Source: Utricularia gibba
Taxonomy: Eukaryota > Plantae > Magnoliophyta
Assembly (NCBI GenBank): GCA_002189035.1
Contig: NEEC01000007.1
Span: 3,348,001-3,412,000, forward strand
Reading direction: 5' to 3'
DNA: 64,000 nt
Part shown: positions 26,888 to 42,300 of the stretch, piece after piece
How the letters are laid out: the number at the start of each line of letters is the position of its first letter
How positions within the stretch are numbered: position 1 is the stretch's first letter
Position numbers and translations under genes: made by a program
Notes under the pieces: model-generated
Told to the model about the DNA's origin: nothing
What the model saw: the letters and a program-made list of their open reading frames with translations, nothing else
The model's database searches: none

Positions 26888-28491
26888 TTTAATCTTTGTG
26901 TCTGTTTTCTTGATTTTTGCGGGAATATTTATTATTAGGTATCGATTGTGCACAACATATAATTCTCCTCATGCAATGATATTAACCATAATCTCGCGTT
27001 TCGGAATCGAACTACCTAGAAAACAATCAAGAGTAACATCATCCCTTGTAGCAAATTGAATCACCTTCAGCCTTTGTGTAATTGACAATTTAGTAGATTT
27101 CATATTAAAGATTTAGTCAATATCCTTTTTTTTCTTCTCATGTAGATCCTTTCTTAGGCAAATTAGTTTATTATCAAGATCTTGTATAAAAGCATTATAA
27201 TCTTTACTTAGTTCCCTCAATTCAGCTAGTAGATCCTCAAACTCATTTTTCGATATCCTTTTATTTTTTTTTCAGCACTTCTTACCTTATCATCACTCTT
27301 TGAACTTGTGTTAACATTCTTTCTCTTCTTTCCTCGAAATGCAAATGGTATCTCCTTCTGAAATAGAAAAGACTCATTATGAGCACAATATTTATCATTG
27401 GATTCAAATAATAGATTTAAGAAAAGTAGATGATATACCCTCTTGATATAATATTTTTTGTAATGATTATATATTTACAAATAATATAATATTTGATAAT
27501 TATAATAATTATTACTCTATATAAACAAAAAATATGATAAAAAAATATTGTATTGATTGTATATAATTTATAAGAATTATATGTTAATATATATTTTTGA
27601 AAAAAATTTTATATATCAAAATGACAACAAATTCTATAATACAATTTTATCCAATAATTATTGGTTCACTCATCAATGTGATGATAATAAATGTAAAAAA
27701 TAAAATCCTCCGCCCTTTTAATTTCCACGGACAAAAACTACTGTATATCTAAATCTAATTCCTTCCATTTTCCTTTCGACTTCCTTCTGCAGCTGCGTCA
27801 AATTTCTTCGAAGGTAACAAATAGGTTTTTGAATTTCATAAAATCTTGCCCATAAGTACTTTGAAGATGTGGGTATGGTTAATTTCTTCATTAATGCTTA
27901 TTTTGGAATAATAAGTTATGTATTTGTTTTTTTAAAATCTTAAATCTAATAGAATTGATTATATTTGTCTAATTTGTGTTTGTGAAGTAGTTCTATTGCT
28001 ATTTGGAAATCATTTATATTTCTTTACACTACTAGAATTATTTGAACAACTAAACATGATGTAGAATTATTTTTTAGAAATCATACCATGCATTTTCTTT
28101 AATTTTTTTCATTTACCATTACTTTCAAGCCAAAGCTCTTCCAATTTTATGAATGTTGGTTTATTGATCTGAATTTGTTTACATGAAATTAAGTCGATTT
28201 ATTTATGTGTTAATTTGGCATATTTGCAGTTTAATCAGTAATTTTAATAGAATGGTATTTAAATAAAATGTCATTGTATATATAATATATATTGCATTTT
28301 TTTCATGTAGGCACAATGAGTTCGATGGCAAGATGAACTGATGAAGAAGTTAGTATTTTAGTTTGAGCTTGGTTAAACACTTCTATTAATTTAATTTTTG
28401 GAAATTCTTAAAAAGCATAATCTTTTTGGAAAGTTATAGCTTCCTTCTATTGTGATGCAATCAAGACCAACACCAGCAATGCAAAGTTTCG

Positions 28492-29615
28492 TGATAACAG
28501 TAAGTCTTGGTCTAAGCTCGGATTAACAGTGGTAAACAAATTCAGTAAACAAGGTAGGTAAGCAATATCAGGTCTCAACGCTAAAAGTAACATGTACTGG
28601 TTCTAACTTAAAATAACATGAAGATGCCTTTAGGATCTGTAGGTGGTGTTATACTAAGATGCATAATTTAATTTACCATGTTTCTACACTCACAACTTCA
28701 AATAACCTAAGTCTACCCAGGTCATTCATCATATTTTCGGCTAAGCTAGTCCCAAATATCATAACCAACATTGCAATTAAGTCTACCTGCATGCAAAACA
28801 TATAGAACTAGGTTTACCTAAGACTTAAGGCAACATTGCAATTAGAAACAAGAGTTAAGGAACACACATAAATTTCATCATCAACCCTAAGCATACACCA
28901 CCCCACTTCACCTTAAGGCATCCCTAAGACTTTAGCCACTCATGCTTGGGAAATAAAACACGATGTCATTCATATAAGTTGGTCAAAATGACATAAACAT
29001 TGTAAACAAGTCAAATGCAAAAACTCGAAATGTTCAGAAAACAGAAAGCAAATAAAGATTGTTCTGTCGCTCAGTTGCTACTGTTTACAGCCCGAAACAG
29101 TAGCGCTGGACTGGGCTCTGGTGGTGCTCTTGAGGACGAAGGCCTTCTTTCCCCCTTCTGGTTCAGTGCTCGTCATGTTGGGGAGAAGCCCCCTCCTCGG
29201 GTCTGCCCATCTTCTCTTTCTTCTCGCTCCTCCAAAAATATCTTCACATTTTTTTTCCATTTTTCAAAATCAGTCTACTGTTTCTTACATCTGTACTATT
29301 CCTGGCCTGAACCTGTAGACTGTGGACGGCTAAACAGTGCATTATGTCTCCTCTTTTAATGCTGCCCATTCTTCCAAATCTTTACATGCATGAAATTCAT
29401 GTCTCCTACCTGATTTTAGAACTTTGCTGTTGGACTAGACAAAATGTTAATAACATGGGATGGGCTAAATCCTTTGATTTAGCCCATTAACTCATAAAAT
29501 CACATTATGTTCTAAAATTTGGTAAAAATACTAAAAACTATAAGATAAACACTTAAAACATGATTCAAAAGCATAATTTCCTTACTCTAATAATAGGAAA
29601 ATTGGTGTGTTATCA
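28492..29615 (-). mobile_element. Athila-like LTR (family A') nested in Harbinger ORF1
   Basis: TGATAAC...GTTATCA ends; the reverse complement is similar to 36616-37813. No TSD, and the host ORF1 appears to lack its middle part at this point. Confidence 0.75.
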
Positions 29616-30246
29616 GTACAATCGACTATGGCTCTAAACATGAAACAAAGAGAGGATTCAGAGACTCCAACTCTAGAGCGTCCCATTGGTCAAAAGGGTG
29701 CTAAAAAACGTCTACTTCGAGGTAGTCCTTCGAGAGGCATTTTTGAAGAGAAAAGAGCTAGAGAGGAACTTTTGATTGACAAGTTAAATGGATATAGATT
29801 GGAGATGGTAAGACACAATGACCTGTTTCAACAACATATATCTGTTAACAATGCACAGGTTTTAGTCAACTCCACACATGAGTTGAGGCTACTAATCGAT
29901 ATGGATATGTCAAACATTGAGTCTAAACCTGCAAATCAACCTAAATCAACATTCCAGGACAACTCTCAGGAGCCACTTGTTGATTTTAGTGACGACTTAG
30001 ATCTTTGGTGATTTCTCAGATTTTTAATTATTGTTGTTTATGACTTTTATGACTTTAATGGTATTGTAATGAGATTTGGATTGTGAACTACTATTTTTAA
30101 TCATTTACATGTTTTTTAGGTGTGATACAAATAAGGTTACCAGAAAATGTAACCTCACCTTATATGGACGTGGTTTGGTAACCTAAAAGACTTCTACCTA
30201 CCACGTTTACCAAAACTCTCAAAGTAACACATTAACTAAAATACTT

Positions 30247-30400
30247 CTATCTACCATACCTATCAAAGTAGTGTATCAAACAAAAGTTCTCTACCTACCA
30301 CACCTATCAAATTAGTGTACCAACCGAAAGTCTTTTACCTACCACACCTACCAAAGTAGTGCAACAACCGAAAGTACTCTACCAACCACACCTACCACAA
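30247..30400. repeat. Minisatellite, ~44-bp unit x ~3.5
   Basis: Unit approximates TCTACCTACCACACCTATCAAAGTAGTGTA.CAA.CGAAAGT, repeated in tandem between Harbinger ORF1 and the transposase. Confidence 0.8.
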
Positions 30401-31926
30401 TGTTTTCAATCCAAATTACCTTATATATATACCATAGCACGAAAGTTCTTTCACAATGGATCCTCACAACTCCGACAATGTTCCATATCCAAATGTTCAT
30501 TTCAATCCGAATGATATTCCATTTTTTATGCATAGCCATAGTGATGTTATCATTGATGTTGTTGAAGCTATTGTTGATTTATTGGAAGATGAACCAAATC
30601 CATCTTGAAGGCAAAGAGGAAAGCGTGCATATATTGATCGTGGTCGTGAGATTGGCAACACTCGTTTGGTAGCAGATTATTTCTCTATTAATGCTACATA
30701 CACTGATCAAATGTTTTGCCATTATTTTAGAATGTGTTGTTGTTTGTTTGATCATATTATGTGCAGTGTTCAAGAAATAGAGCCATATTTACAAGAAAGC
30801 ATTGATGCAATAGGCCTTGTCTCATTAACCACAATACAAAAGTACACTGCTGCTATGCAAATGATGACTTATGGATATAGTGCTGATGCTTGTGAGGAAT
30901 ATCTTCAAATTGGTGAGTCTACCGCTCTCAAATGCTTAAGATCTTTTGTATCTGCAATTCATATTATATTCGAGACAGAATATATGAGGCATCCCAATTC
31001 AAGTGATATTTAAAAATTGCTTTTATGAGAAGAGGAAAGAGGTTTCCCAGGCATGCTCGGAAGTATAGATTGTATGCATTGAGAGTAAAAGAATTGTCAA
31101 GTGGCTTGAAAAGATCAATATAGTCATGGGCATGGTTCGTCTACTATTATTCTAAAGGTTGTAGGTTCAAATTATACTAGGATATGACATTTTTTATTTG
31201 GAACTCCTAGTTTTAATAATGATTTTAATATGTTGTCTCATTCACTTTTATTCGATGATTTGCATTGAGATATTATCTCTCCGATCAAATACTTTGTGAA
31301 TGGAAAGAAATATGACTTGTAATACTTTGAAGATTATGATCAAGTTAATGTTAGACAAGTGTCCAATCTACTGAGACAAAATATTTATGATTTTAAAGAT
31401 TATGTTGGTAGATTTATAAAATCCAGAGAAAAAATATTGCACAAACAATTCAAGACGTACTTGATCGGTCACATTTGAGCTAAGTTTGATTAATTTAAAG
31501 TGTCTCATATTAAATTGTTTCTTATGTTATATAGTTGTTGTATTTTTAAATAACAAATAATAAATTTAAATAATATGAAAATGGATAAATGTTAAAGTAA
31601 TAATGTTTAAACACCAATATTAGAAAGGATGGAAAGATGTGTAATATTTAATATTAAATTTTAATTAAAATAAGTATAATGTGAAAAATAGAGAATATGA
31701 TGTAGAAAAAAAATTAATTGACTTGGGGAAACACCAATGTGGATGCTCTTAGATTGGGTAAAATTTAAGCTAGATCACCAGGTTCGGGTGATGGGCAGAC
31801 CAAAGACAATTATAAATAACATTACTCAACACAAAATTTTCTTCTTGGCCCAAGCAATAGGGCGGTACAGATGTCAGCTCGACTGAGAACCATAACCAAA
31901 GACAGACAGGATGGATAGATATATAA

Positions 31927-33706
<1,780 letters not shown>

Positions 33707-33741
33707 CGTCCCTGGAGACACCGCAAACACTACAGCAATGG

Positions 33742-33836
33742 AAACCCTAGCAGGAATTTATAGAGAAGAAAACCTGCGGTGGCACCAAACGGGCGCGTTC
33801 AGTATTAACAGGCCCAGTCGAAATTTGGGCTGGGCC
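33742..33836 (-). promoter_or_regulatory. RPL6 promoter: telo-box, TATA, three site II motifs
   Basis: AAACCCTA at 33742-33749; CTATAAATT on the minus strand at ~33755-33763; GGCCCA 33811-33816, TGGGCT 33826-33831 and TGGGCC 33831-33836. Confidence 0.8.
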
Positions 33837-36615
33837 ATCTCCAACACATCCCATTAAGTAAAATTTTTAAAAACCCCTAAATGGTATATAAAAATATATT
33901 TTAGGTATATTAAATAAATTTTAACAATTCATCATTTAACCCTTAAATCTGATGTTCAAGTAACGTTAGCTAATCATATGATACAAAAATAAAATTATAC
34001 TATTTTTTTCTCCAACTATCACTTTTATTTCTTTTTTCTTATCAATACATTTTTAATCTTTCATAAAAATTCTCTTCAACATAACTAATTAACTCCCTAC
34101 AAACTACATTCGAATATTTTAAATTAACTCTTTAATTTATGTGTTCTAGTGTTCTCTTCTTCATTGCTTTGCTAGAGGAGATTTGATGCAGTTCGATACA
34201 AAAGGATTCCTTTCAAGGCCAACTAACCCACACGATACTAAAGGAGTTGTGTGTCCAAACCAGTTACTTTAGACAAGAAAATAAATTCAGGAACTGTAGT
34301 ATGAAAGGTTGATCCCCATGCAAAGCTTTAGTCAAAGTCTCACACCAGACAATAACTACAAGATCACGGCGATGCCTCTTGTTGAAGATCCGACTATTAT
34401 TACTGAAATTCCATCCAATTCCAAAAACCACCGCCCCTCCACCATGTTCCCCCCTTTTTGACCCAAGTCTCCAAAATGAGTTATACGGCAGCACTTGGAC
34501 CACTTACTTGGAATGGGTCATAAGCCCATTAGTCACAACCTCATCATCCCCACTAGGCATTGAAACATTCTTCTTGGAATGAGGGTGATAGAGAAATAGA
34601 TGGCGAACATTGAAGACGTCAGACATAGAATAGCCAAATGGGAGATGAACCTTATAAGCATTGGAGTTGATCTTGGCAAGGATCGCTAAAAGAAAATCCA
34701 TACTCAAAACCACCCAAGGTTGAGAAGAGATGGGAAGCAGCAAATATAATCCAGCATTAGAACTTTGATCCTTAGCACGTTGGCATACATGACATTGCCT
34801 CACAAATTTAGCGACATGGCATTGTTGACCTAGCCAATAGTAAAGTTCATGCAAAAGAAAGAGAGTGTGATCATGCCCCACATGTCCCTCATTGTGTAGA
34901 TCACGAATCATATAAAATTGGAGGCTAGAGCTTGGAATACATAACTTTGTGCCTTTAAATAAATAACCATCTATAAGAGAACAAAAGAAGATAGTTACCC
35001 TATGAGAGCCCATGAAGTATCACCGAGAAATATGGGTCAGATTTATATAATGAGGGAAGAGATTCAAAACCAACTACAAACCACCTTCATGATAGTATGA
35101 CAAGTGCGCTGTCGACTCAATGCATCAGCCACACAATTGTGGGAGCCATCCTTATGTCTAATCTAAATGGTAAATTGCTGAAGATAATTCAACCACTTGA
35201 CATGTATATTGAATACCTTGTCTTGGGAATTGATGTGACGAAGGGAATCATGATCTATCCACATAACAAAATCCTATTGAAATAGACCATGACATCAGTG
35301 TTTCACAGCCTATACAAGAGAAAACAACTCAAGATCATATGTTGAGTAGTGACGTTTACCACCATCCAAATTTTCACTAAAATAGGCAATGAGACGTCCA
35401 CCCTGGCTAAGAACAACACCAATACCCATAGTTGAGGTATCACAATGTAATTCAAAAGCTTGATAGACATTTGTAATGCTAGTATAGGTGCAGTAGTCAT
35501 GATAGTCTTTATATTTTCAAATGTTGTTTCTGCTGCAGGTGATAAAAAAAAAACTACTGCCATGCTTACAATCTATAATGGGAGCCATCTTGAAGCTGAA
35601 ATGAGGGAAAATGACGATAGAATGATGCCATTCCATGAAAACTCCGAACTTCAGTAATGGATATAGGGGATGGCCATGATTTTATAGTGTGGACCTTTGC
35701 AGAATCCACCTCCAACCCAATTCCTGAAATGACATAACCTAAGAATAATACCCTATCAGTGAAAAATACACATTTATGAGCAGATGCAAATAATTGCTCC
35801 TGTCATAGAACATTTCAAACATCTCTAACATGCTGCTTATGTGAGGCTAGATCACGACTATATATCAAAATATCATCAAAGTAGACAACTAAACATTGTA
35901 TAATAAAAGGCCGAAGAAGTTGATTCATAACCTTCATAAATGTACTTGGAGCATTAGAAAAACCGAATGGCATGACTAGCCATTCATATAGACCTTCTCG
36001 GGTCTTGAATGTAGTTTTCCACTCATCCCTGAGACCATTCTGAGTTTGATTGTATCCACTTTTCAGATATAATTTGCTAAAAATGGTAGCACCATGTATT
36101 TGATCCAACAAATCATCTAATCTTGGGATGGGAAACCGACCCTTCACCATAATCTTATTAATGACACGACTATTCACACGCATCCTCCATGTTCCTTGTT
36201 TTTTTGGTACTAAGATCACAGACACAACACATGGACTTTAACTCTCTCAAATGTGTCTGTTGCACAATAAATTTTCAACTTGTGGTCTTAACTTCTCGTG
36301 CTCGCTTGAGCTCATGTGATAATGAGGCTTCTTTGGCAATATAGATACTAGAATGAAGTCAATTTGATGTTAAATATCTTGAAGAGGTGGTAACATAGTG
36401 GGCAACTCCATGGGAAACACATCAGAAAATTCATCCAAAAAAATTGCAGCATTCTTTGACATAATGTCTCATTGTTGAGTAGACTCTTTTTCCACAATTA
36501 AGAAAGCCATAGATTGTTCTAGTTCCCCTTAAAGTTGAGCACAAGTAAATATGTTGACTAAGTCCTTCACTTCTATGCTAGGTGGACGGCTTGGCAAAAG
36601 AATTATTTTGGTTCC

Positions 36616-37984
36616 TGATAACACATAAATTTTCTTGTTTTTCTAATATGGAAAGTATTAACTTTTTAATTATGTTTTAGTTGTTTATTGTATAATTTTA
36701 AGTATTTTTATATAATATAGGGAATGTATTAGTTTTATGTACAAATGAGCTAAATCTTTGAATTTAGCCCATTCTATGTTACTAATGTGTTTTGAGTCTA
36801 GTATCAATTCCCAAAAATCAGGAGAGACAATATGGATTTCGTGCAAGCATCCGATGGCAGAAGAAAAGATAGCATAACGGAAGGAACAATGAGTGTACTG
36901 TCATAGTAGCAGACTGCAAGTCAGGGGTAGGACCAGTAGTGATATCAGATATAGTACTTGTTTTGGGAAATGAGAGAGGAGAAGACAATTTGGAGGATAG
37001 ATAGTCGCAAGGGAGAGAGAGCTTCGAGGGCAACAAAGAGCACACACGAAGAAGCTCCAAGAACATGACCACAAGAACCAAAAAGAAGAAGAAGTAGATT
37101 TTTGGAAAGAAGACTCACATCCTCAATAACACCATCAAGACCCAATTTAGCTCTACTGTTCCAAGTTGTGAACAGTAGCAGACGGGAATCGAAACTCTTT
37201 TATTTTATTTTCATTTGCTGAATGTTTTTTTAGTTTTTGTGACTGACTGCCTTGCAGTGTTTCTATTACTTTGGATATTTCATCTTAATGATATTATGTT
37301 TTATCTCCAACACATGATTAGCTAAACTTTGGCGATGACTTAAGGTGTAGAATGGTGATATGGGGTGAGGGTTCATAAGGCAATTGATCTTTGTTTTTTA
37401 GCTTTTGTTTCTATTATTCCTGAGGTAGACCTAAGGGAGGAAACAAGTAACTTTACAACTCAAATGTTTGATTTAGAAGTAGAGCAACAAATCAAAGCGA
37501 GGTGACCTAGTTCTACATATTTCACACATACGTAGACCTAAGTGTGGAATGGGTGATGAAATCAAGGACTACGTTAACAAAAAACATGAAAAATAACCTG
37601 GGTAGACTTAGGTTATTTGGGGTGTAGTGTATACAAACATTGTAAATTAAGTTAAGAACCTTAGCACCACGTCACTTGCATACCCTTAAGGCATATGAGT
37701 GTTACTTTGTACTAGAACTAGTATTTGTTACCTTTCGCATTGAGATTTTATCTTACGTATTGAACTTGCCTACTATTACTAGTTTCAGCTTAGACTAAGA
37801 ACAATGTTTATCTGAATTCTGCATCTGCTAAAACACTTTGCAAGCATTAGCTTCTTGTGATTGACCCCGAATTCCACTTTATATTTTGTATTTAATTTAC
37901 ATTTTTTGAGGATTTGGGATTATAAATTTTTTTGTTACGAAGATTTCATTTCTTGCAACGATTTTAAGAAATTTTTGTTAATCA
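36616..37984 (+). mobile_element. Athila-like solo LTR (family A') nested in the CRM element
   Basis: Starts TGATAACAC and ends ...GTTAATCA. The last ~170 bp match the reverse complement of the Athila LTR at 63810-64000, and the body resembles the reverse complement of 28492-29615. TSD is degenerate (GTTCC / ATTTC, read after removing the next insertion). Confidence 0.75.
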
Positions 37985-37985
37985 A

Positions 37986-39338
37986 TGTTAAGTGTCATTT
38001 TATTACTAATTCTTAGGTTGTTTTTATGCTTAATTATGATTAGGACTGTCTAATTAAGAGTCTATAATATGAGATTTAGGTTTTTATCTAGTTTAGGGTA
38101 ATTATCTTAAATCTTGTATTTTATCTATTAATTTTAATAGTTTTAATTGAGTTTTTCTAGAGGCACACACGTGGCAGGAAGTGAGAGAAAGAGGGCATCA
38201 GATGGCGACAAATTGGATTTTCCCGAACTGACATTCCCTTGATTTCCAGAAGACTGCAGACCCCTAATCATGAGCCTTGACATGCGGAACACGAGAGTCT
38301 CTGACAGGCGGCATCATTAGCGTACCAGTGTCAGACGTTGCTTGCAAGTCATCCCAAGTTCAGCAGAATCACAAGGACACGAAAGCTTCCCTCAATGAAG
38401 TTTAATCCTGTTCAGACAAGTTGAAGGAGAACCTTCAGTTTTACTTTTAGTATAGTTTTCCTTTTGTTTCTCCCTCTAGAGGAATTTTCCTCTAGCTTCT
38501 CTCTAGACCTTGTTTCGTTTTCTTTAGTTTGGATGGCCGTTCGCGGCTAGAAACTTCCGTTTCTGGGTTGAAACACCACCATATCTATGTTCTGTTAGCT
38601 TATCTTCATATCTTCTTTGAATCCAAATGAGTTTCGTATGTCTTCGTGCGACTATGTTGCAGTCTTTCCGTAACAATCCCCTTATTCACGGTTCATGGTT
38701 AGCTGATCACTACCCGCGGATTTTGGAGAGGAGCCAGGTGAAAAGCACCAACTCGGGCCCTTTTGGCAGGAGGAAGACAACATTTGGTCTATGGCCGTAC
38801 CTCAGGATCAATGGATAGGTAATGACCTCGTATCTGGACTCATTGGGTCAGGCCATACTCGGGCACACGCGCGCAATTCGGCCGTGAGGGTATGTTGGCA
38901 GGACCTCTTATTCTCACGTTCGTCCAAGGAGGAGTAACATCGGGCTATTCCCGTGCCTTCTTGCAAGAGAGTGTAAGGGAGGGTAGGCAATTCCTTACTC
39001 CTATAACTGAGTACTCGAGAGGACCAAGAAGAGTGAAGACACGACGAACATAGCTGGACATGATTCCAAACCCAGGAACATTTACTTTATTTAAGGTTCA
39101 TCGCTTACGTTCATTTTAGTTGTTTGCTCAAAACCCCTCTCTTTCCTTTACTCAAGCTTCATCATCAACGTTTCTCGCACCTTTTACCTTCAAAACCGTT
39201 TATAAATCGTGACAGTTGTATTCGGGGTGCCTCACCTTTCACTCAAAAACAACTCCCTGTGTTCGACACCCGTACTACACTTTAGTGTTTTACGAGTTTT
39301 AAAAGTATTAAAATTTGTTGTGGAAACGACACGCATCA
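37986..39338 (+). mobile_element. Solo LTR (Athila/Tat-like) inserted at the terminus of the previous LTR
   Basis: TGTTAAGTGTC...GACACGCATCA with a perfect 5-bp TSD ATCAA (37981-37985 and 39339-39343). Confidence 0.85.
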
Positions 39339-42300
39339 ATCAATTTCGTTGAACAAGAAGGAGTAAGTATTTTCTCGTCCACAATGAGTAGTGCGTCGAT
39401 TAAATTGCCATGGTTGTCCAAGTAATAGATGACATGCATCCATTTTGAGAACATCACACCATATTTCATCTCGATAAGTCTTGCCCATGGTGAATGGAAT
39501 GAGAGCTCGCATAGTTACTCAAAAAACTTCTTTCTTTTCTAGCCAAGCTAACTGGTATGGCATGGTTAGAGCTATAGTGGGTATATTTAACTTGGTGACA
39601 GCTTCTTTAGATACAAAATTATTACAATTGCTGCCATCAATAACCACTTTACAAACCTTGCCTTTCATGATACATGCAGACTGAAAAATATTATGTTGTA
39701 GTCATGTATCTTCAATGGCTAGTATGGGAGTGAGACAAGCATGTCGAGTCACTAGATTGTGACCAATATCTCCTATAACCCCTCCTCATCTACTGATGCA
39801 TTAAATAAATATGAAGTTCATTATCATGCTCATCCTCAATTTTCTCGTCATCAATCATCATGTTTCTTTTTTCCTTCTTCATACAATTCACTTCTTTGTG
39901 ATCGAACTTGCCACAATCATAGCATTTAACATTCAGCATCGGCTTCTGATTGCTTGACTCTCATGTGGATTTGGAACCAGTGAAATCTGATGTTTCCTTA
40001 CCAAGAGTCAATGTTCCTATACAGAGGCCATAATGATGCAATTGCCCTCTCATGGATTGTTTCTCTAATACCATAGCTCTCTGGTATGCTTATGCTATGG
40101 TTAGAGGATCAAACATATTCAAAACATTTTGCAATGAAGGTTTCAATCTTGTTATATATCGTCCCAAAAGTTGTTCCTCATTTTCTTGAAGTTCTATCCA
40201 GGGCAGCAGCTGATAAAAATATTTGGTTTGTTCTTCAATAGATTTGGTTCCTTGCTTCAAAGATAATAACTATTGAAATAAATTATGTTGATAATTATAG
40301 GGTAGAAAAGTAGCCCGCATATGCTTCTTTAACTTATCCCAAGATTGGATTTTTCATTTCCCCATATGAGTTTTAGGAAATTTTGAGTTGTTGCCACCAT
40401 GTTGAAGCATGTCCTGAAATCTGGTGGCAACAAGAGCTACTCTTCGCTCTTCTGGTACATTCTTAAATTCCAATGCTTCTTCAATAGTTGCCAGCCAATC
40501 TAAAAACTCTTCTACTTGAAGGCTTCCATGAAACTCCAGGATTTTAATTAGAAATCCGAATTCCCAGCATCGATCTATGTCATGATTCACCAAACTTGAG
40601 CATTCATTTGGTTCTTTGCCCACATCAACTAAGCTGAAATGGAACGAGTTGGGCAAATCCGACTTTGTCCTCACTCAAGGCCCTACTAGTGTTGAGCTCT
40701 GATGAGCCGATTTTCCCAACAATCTTTCCATTTTGACCATGAGCTGCTCTACTCTTTTTTCTAAAGCCTCAAAACGTTGCTCCCAAATGTAGTCACTGTT
40801 TGTAGAGAACTGTAACCTCCACAGCCCATTCCCGTTCAACCTGCCATGGGATAGTTTAATATGCCCTTCCTCTAGCACCAAATGATGCAGTTCAATAGAG
40901 AAGGATTTCTTAAAACTTGCACAAAAGTGATTCTTGAGTACAAGACCAACTAAGCCACATGATACTAGAGGAGTTGTGTGTCCAAAACCAAGTACATTAG
41001 ATAAAGAAAGACCCAACTGCAGTATGAAATATAGATCCCCACACTGAGCTTCAATTAAAGTTTTGCACCAGACAATAACTCCAAGACCACGGCATCACCT
41101 CTCGATGAAGACCCAACTGTTATTGCTCAAATTTCTTCCAATTCTAAAAACTACCGCTCCATCATGTTCCCTCATTTTTTACTGAAGTCTACAAAATGGG
41201 TTACATGGCAGCACTTGGACCACTTGGAATAGGGCATAAGCCCATTAGTCACAACCTCATCAAGATCACAATTTGAATATCATTTCTTTTATTATTTTTT
41301 TCAAAAATCACTTGAAAGAAAATTAAATGGTTTCTTTGTTTGATTATGTGTAATTCAAGACTTCCTAATGAAAAGAATCTTTACTTGGACCCTTCTCACG
41401 GCAGAGAGAATAGAACAGACACCTTGCCAGAAGGTAGGGGACAATAAACTCCATCCAAGTGACAAGATTTTGAAAGTGAAGAATCTAAGTGAGAAGCATT
41501 CAGGGCAATAGATTATGGTGGTACACAGTTGCAATGACACTCAACCCATGAAATAGTGTGTAGAATCATTCCTCAACTTGCAAGTAATTGAAAGTAAATT
41601 CATCATCATCACACAAGAAAGTTTGGTATCTCAGCATATGATGTGACAATGAAATATGGACAAGCTGAAATGAGGACAAGACTAAGAGCTCAGCCTATAG
41701 GGAAGTCATTATTTTTGCATTGTGGTTCTCATTTACATAAGAATGCAGCAGCGTATGAAGGTTATTAATAAGAATAAAAAGTTTGAAACCCAGAATCTTG
41801 GAGGTGTTTGTCGAAATAGGAACAAAAATCTCAAGATCAAATTTGTAGTAAATCCTTAGGGAGAAACAGTCTGTTGATCGAAGTATAATGCTGGTTCTAT
41901 GACATTTATCAGAAAAGGCCTTCATATCAGAGATTGTTGATAAGAAAACGAATTTGGTGATCACAAGGTTGAAGGCTCTATGACACAATCACTTAATCTA
42001 GGATGTGGGTGGGTGTTAATCAAATGTGGAAACATGATCATAAACTAAAGCATTTGCAAATCATGAGTCAAATCCCCTGAAATCATGACATTAATTTGAG
42101 TATGCAAAACTAATGCCAATACTGGCTCCCAAAGCCACAAATGCCCAACACGTTATTGGGCTTCCTATAAGGGATTGTTTGGTCTATGCCTTCAGTTTGC
42201 TACAACCTAAGCTATTATAATTCAGTTCAATGACAAGATCACGTGTCTCTCATAGAACATGCCATAGGTTGAGAGATAAGTCATTTCTTTCAAGAATTTT

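Larger units (their letters stand above)
27700..31748 (+). mobile_element. Decayed PIF/Harbinger element: Myb/SANT-like ORF1 plus DDE transposase
   Basis: Myb-like fragment AR*TDEEVSILV*AWLNTS...SFWKVI (~28325-28445) and the ORF1 C-terminus ERPIGQKGAKKR (29607-30011). Transposase RLVADYF...YGYSADACEEYLQIGESTALKCL...GFPGMLGSIDCMH (30660-31085). Right TIR CCAATGTGGATGCTC ends at 31748 and is followed by TTA. Left TIR not found, so the left boundary is approximate. Confidence 0.85.
34184..41262 (-). mobile_element. Full-length but decayed Ty3/Gypsy chromovirus, CRM-like, with two nested solo LTRs
   Basis: Paired LTRs TGATG...CATCA at 34184-34546 and 40883-41262, TSD AGATT / AGATC. PPT-like (A)GTGGGGA next to the left LTR and degenerate PBS TGGTGCTAGAG next to the right LTR. 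Coding remnants: gag (FHGSLQVEEFLDWL, 40354-40674), RT ([22 protein letters not shown], 35815-36225), RNase H and a deleted integrase (34504-35280). Confidence 0.92.

Noticed and set aside
41300-42120. Moderate-GC stretch between the CRM and Copia elements with short ORFs
   Set aside because: No recognisable domain in six frames; probably unassigned TE debris.
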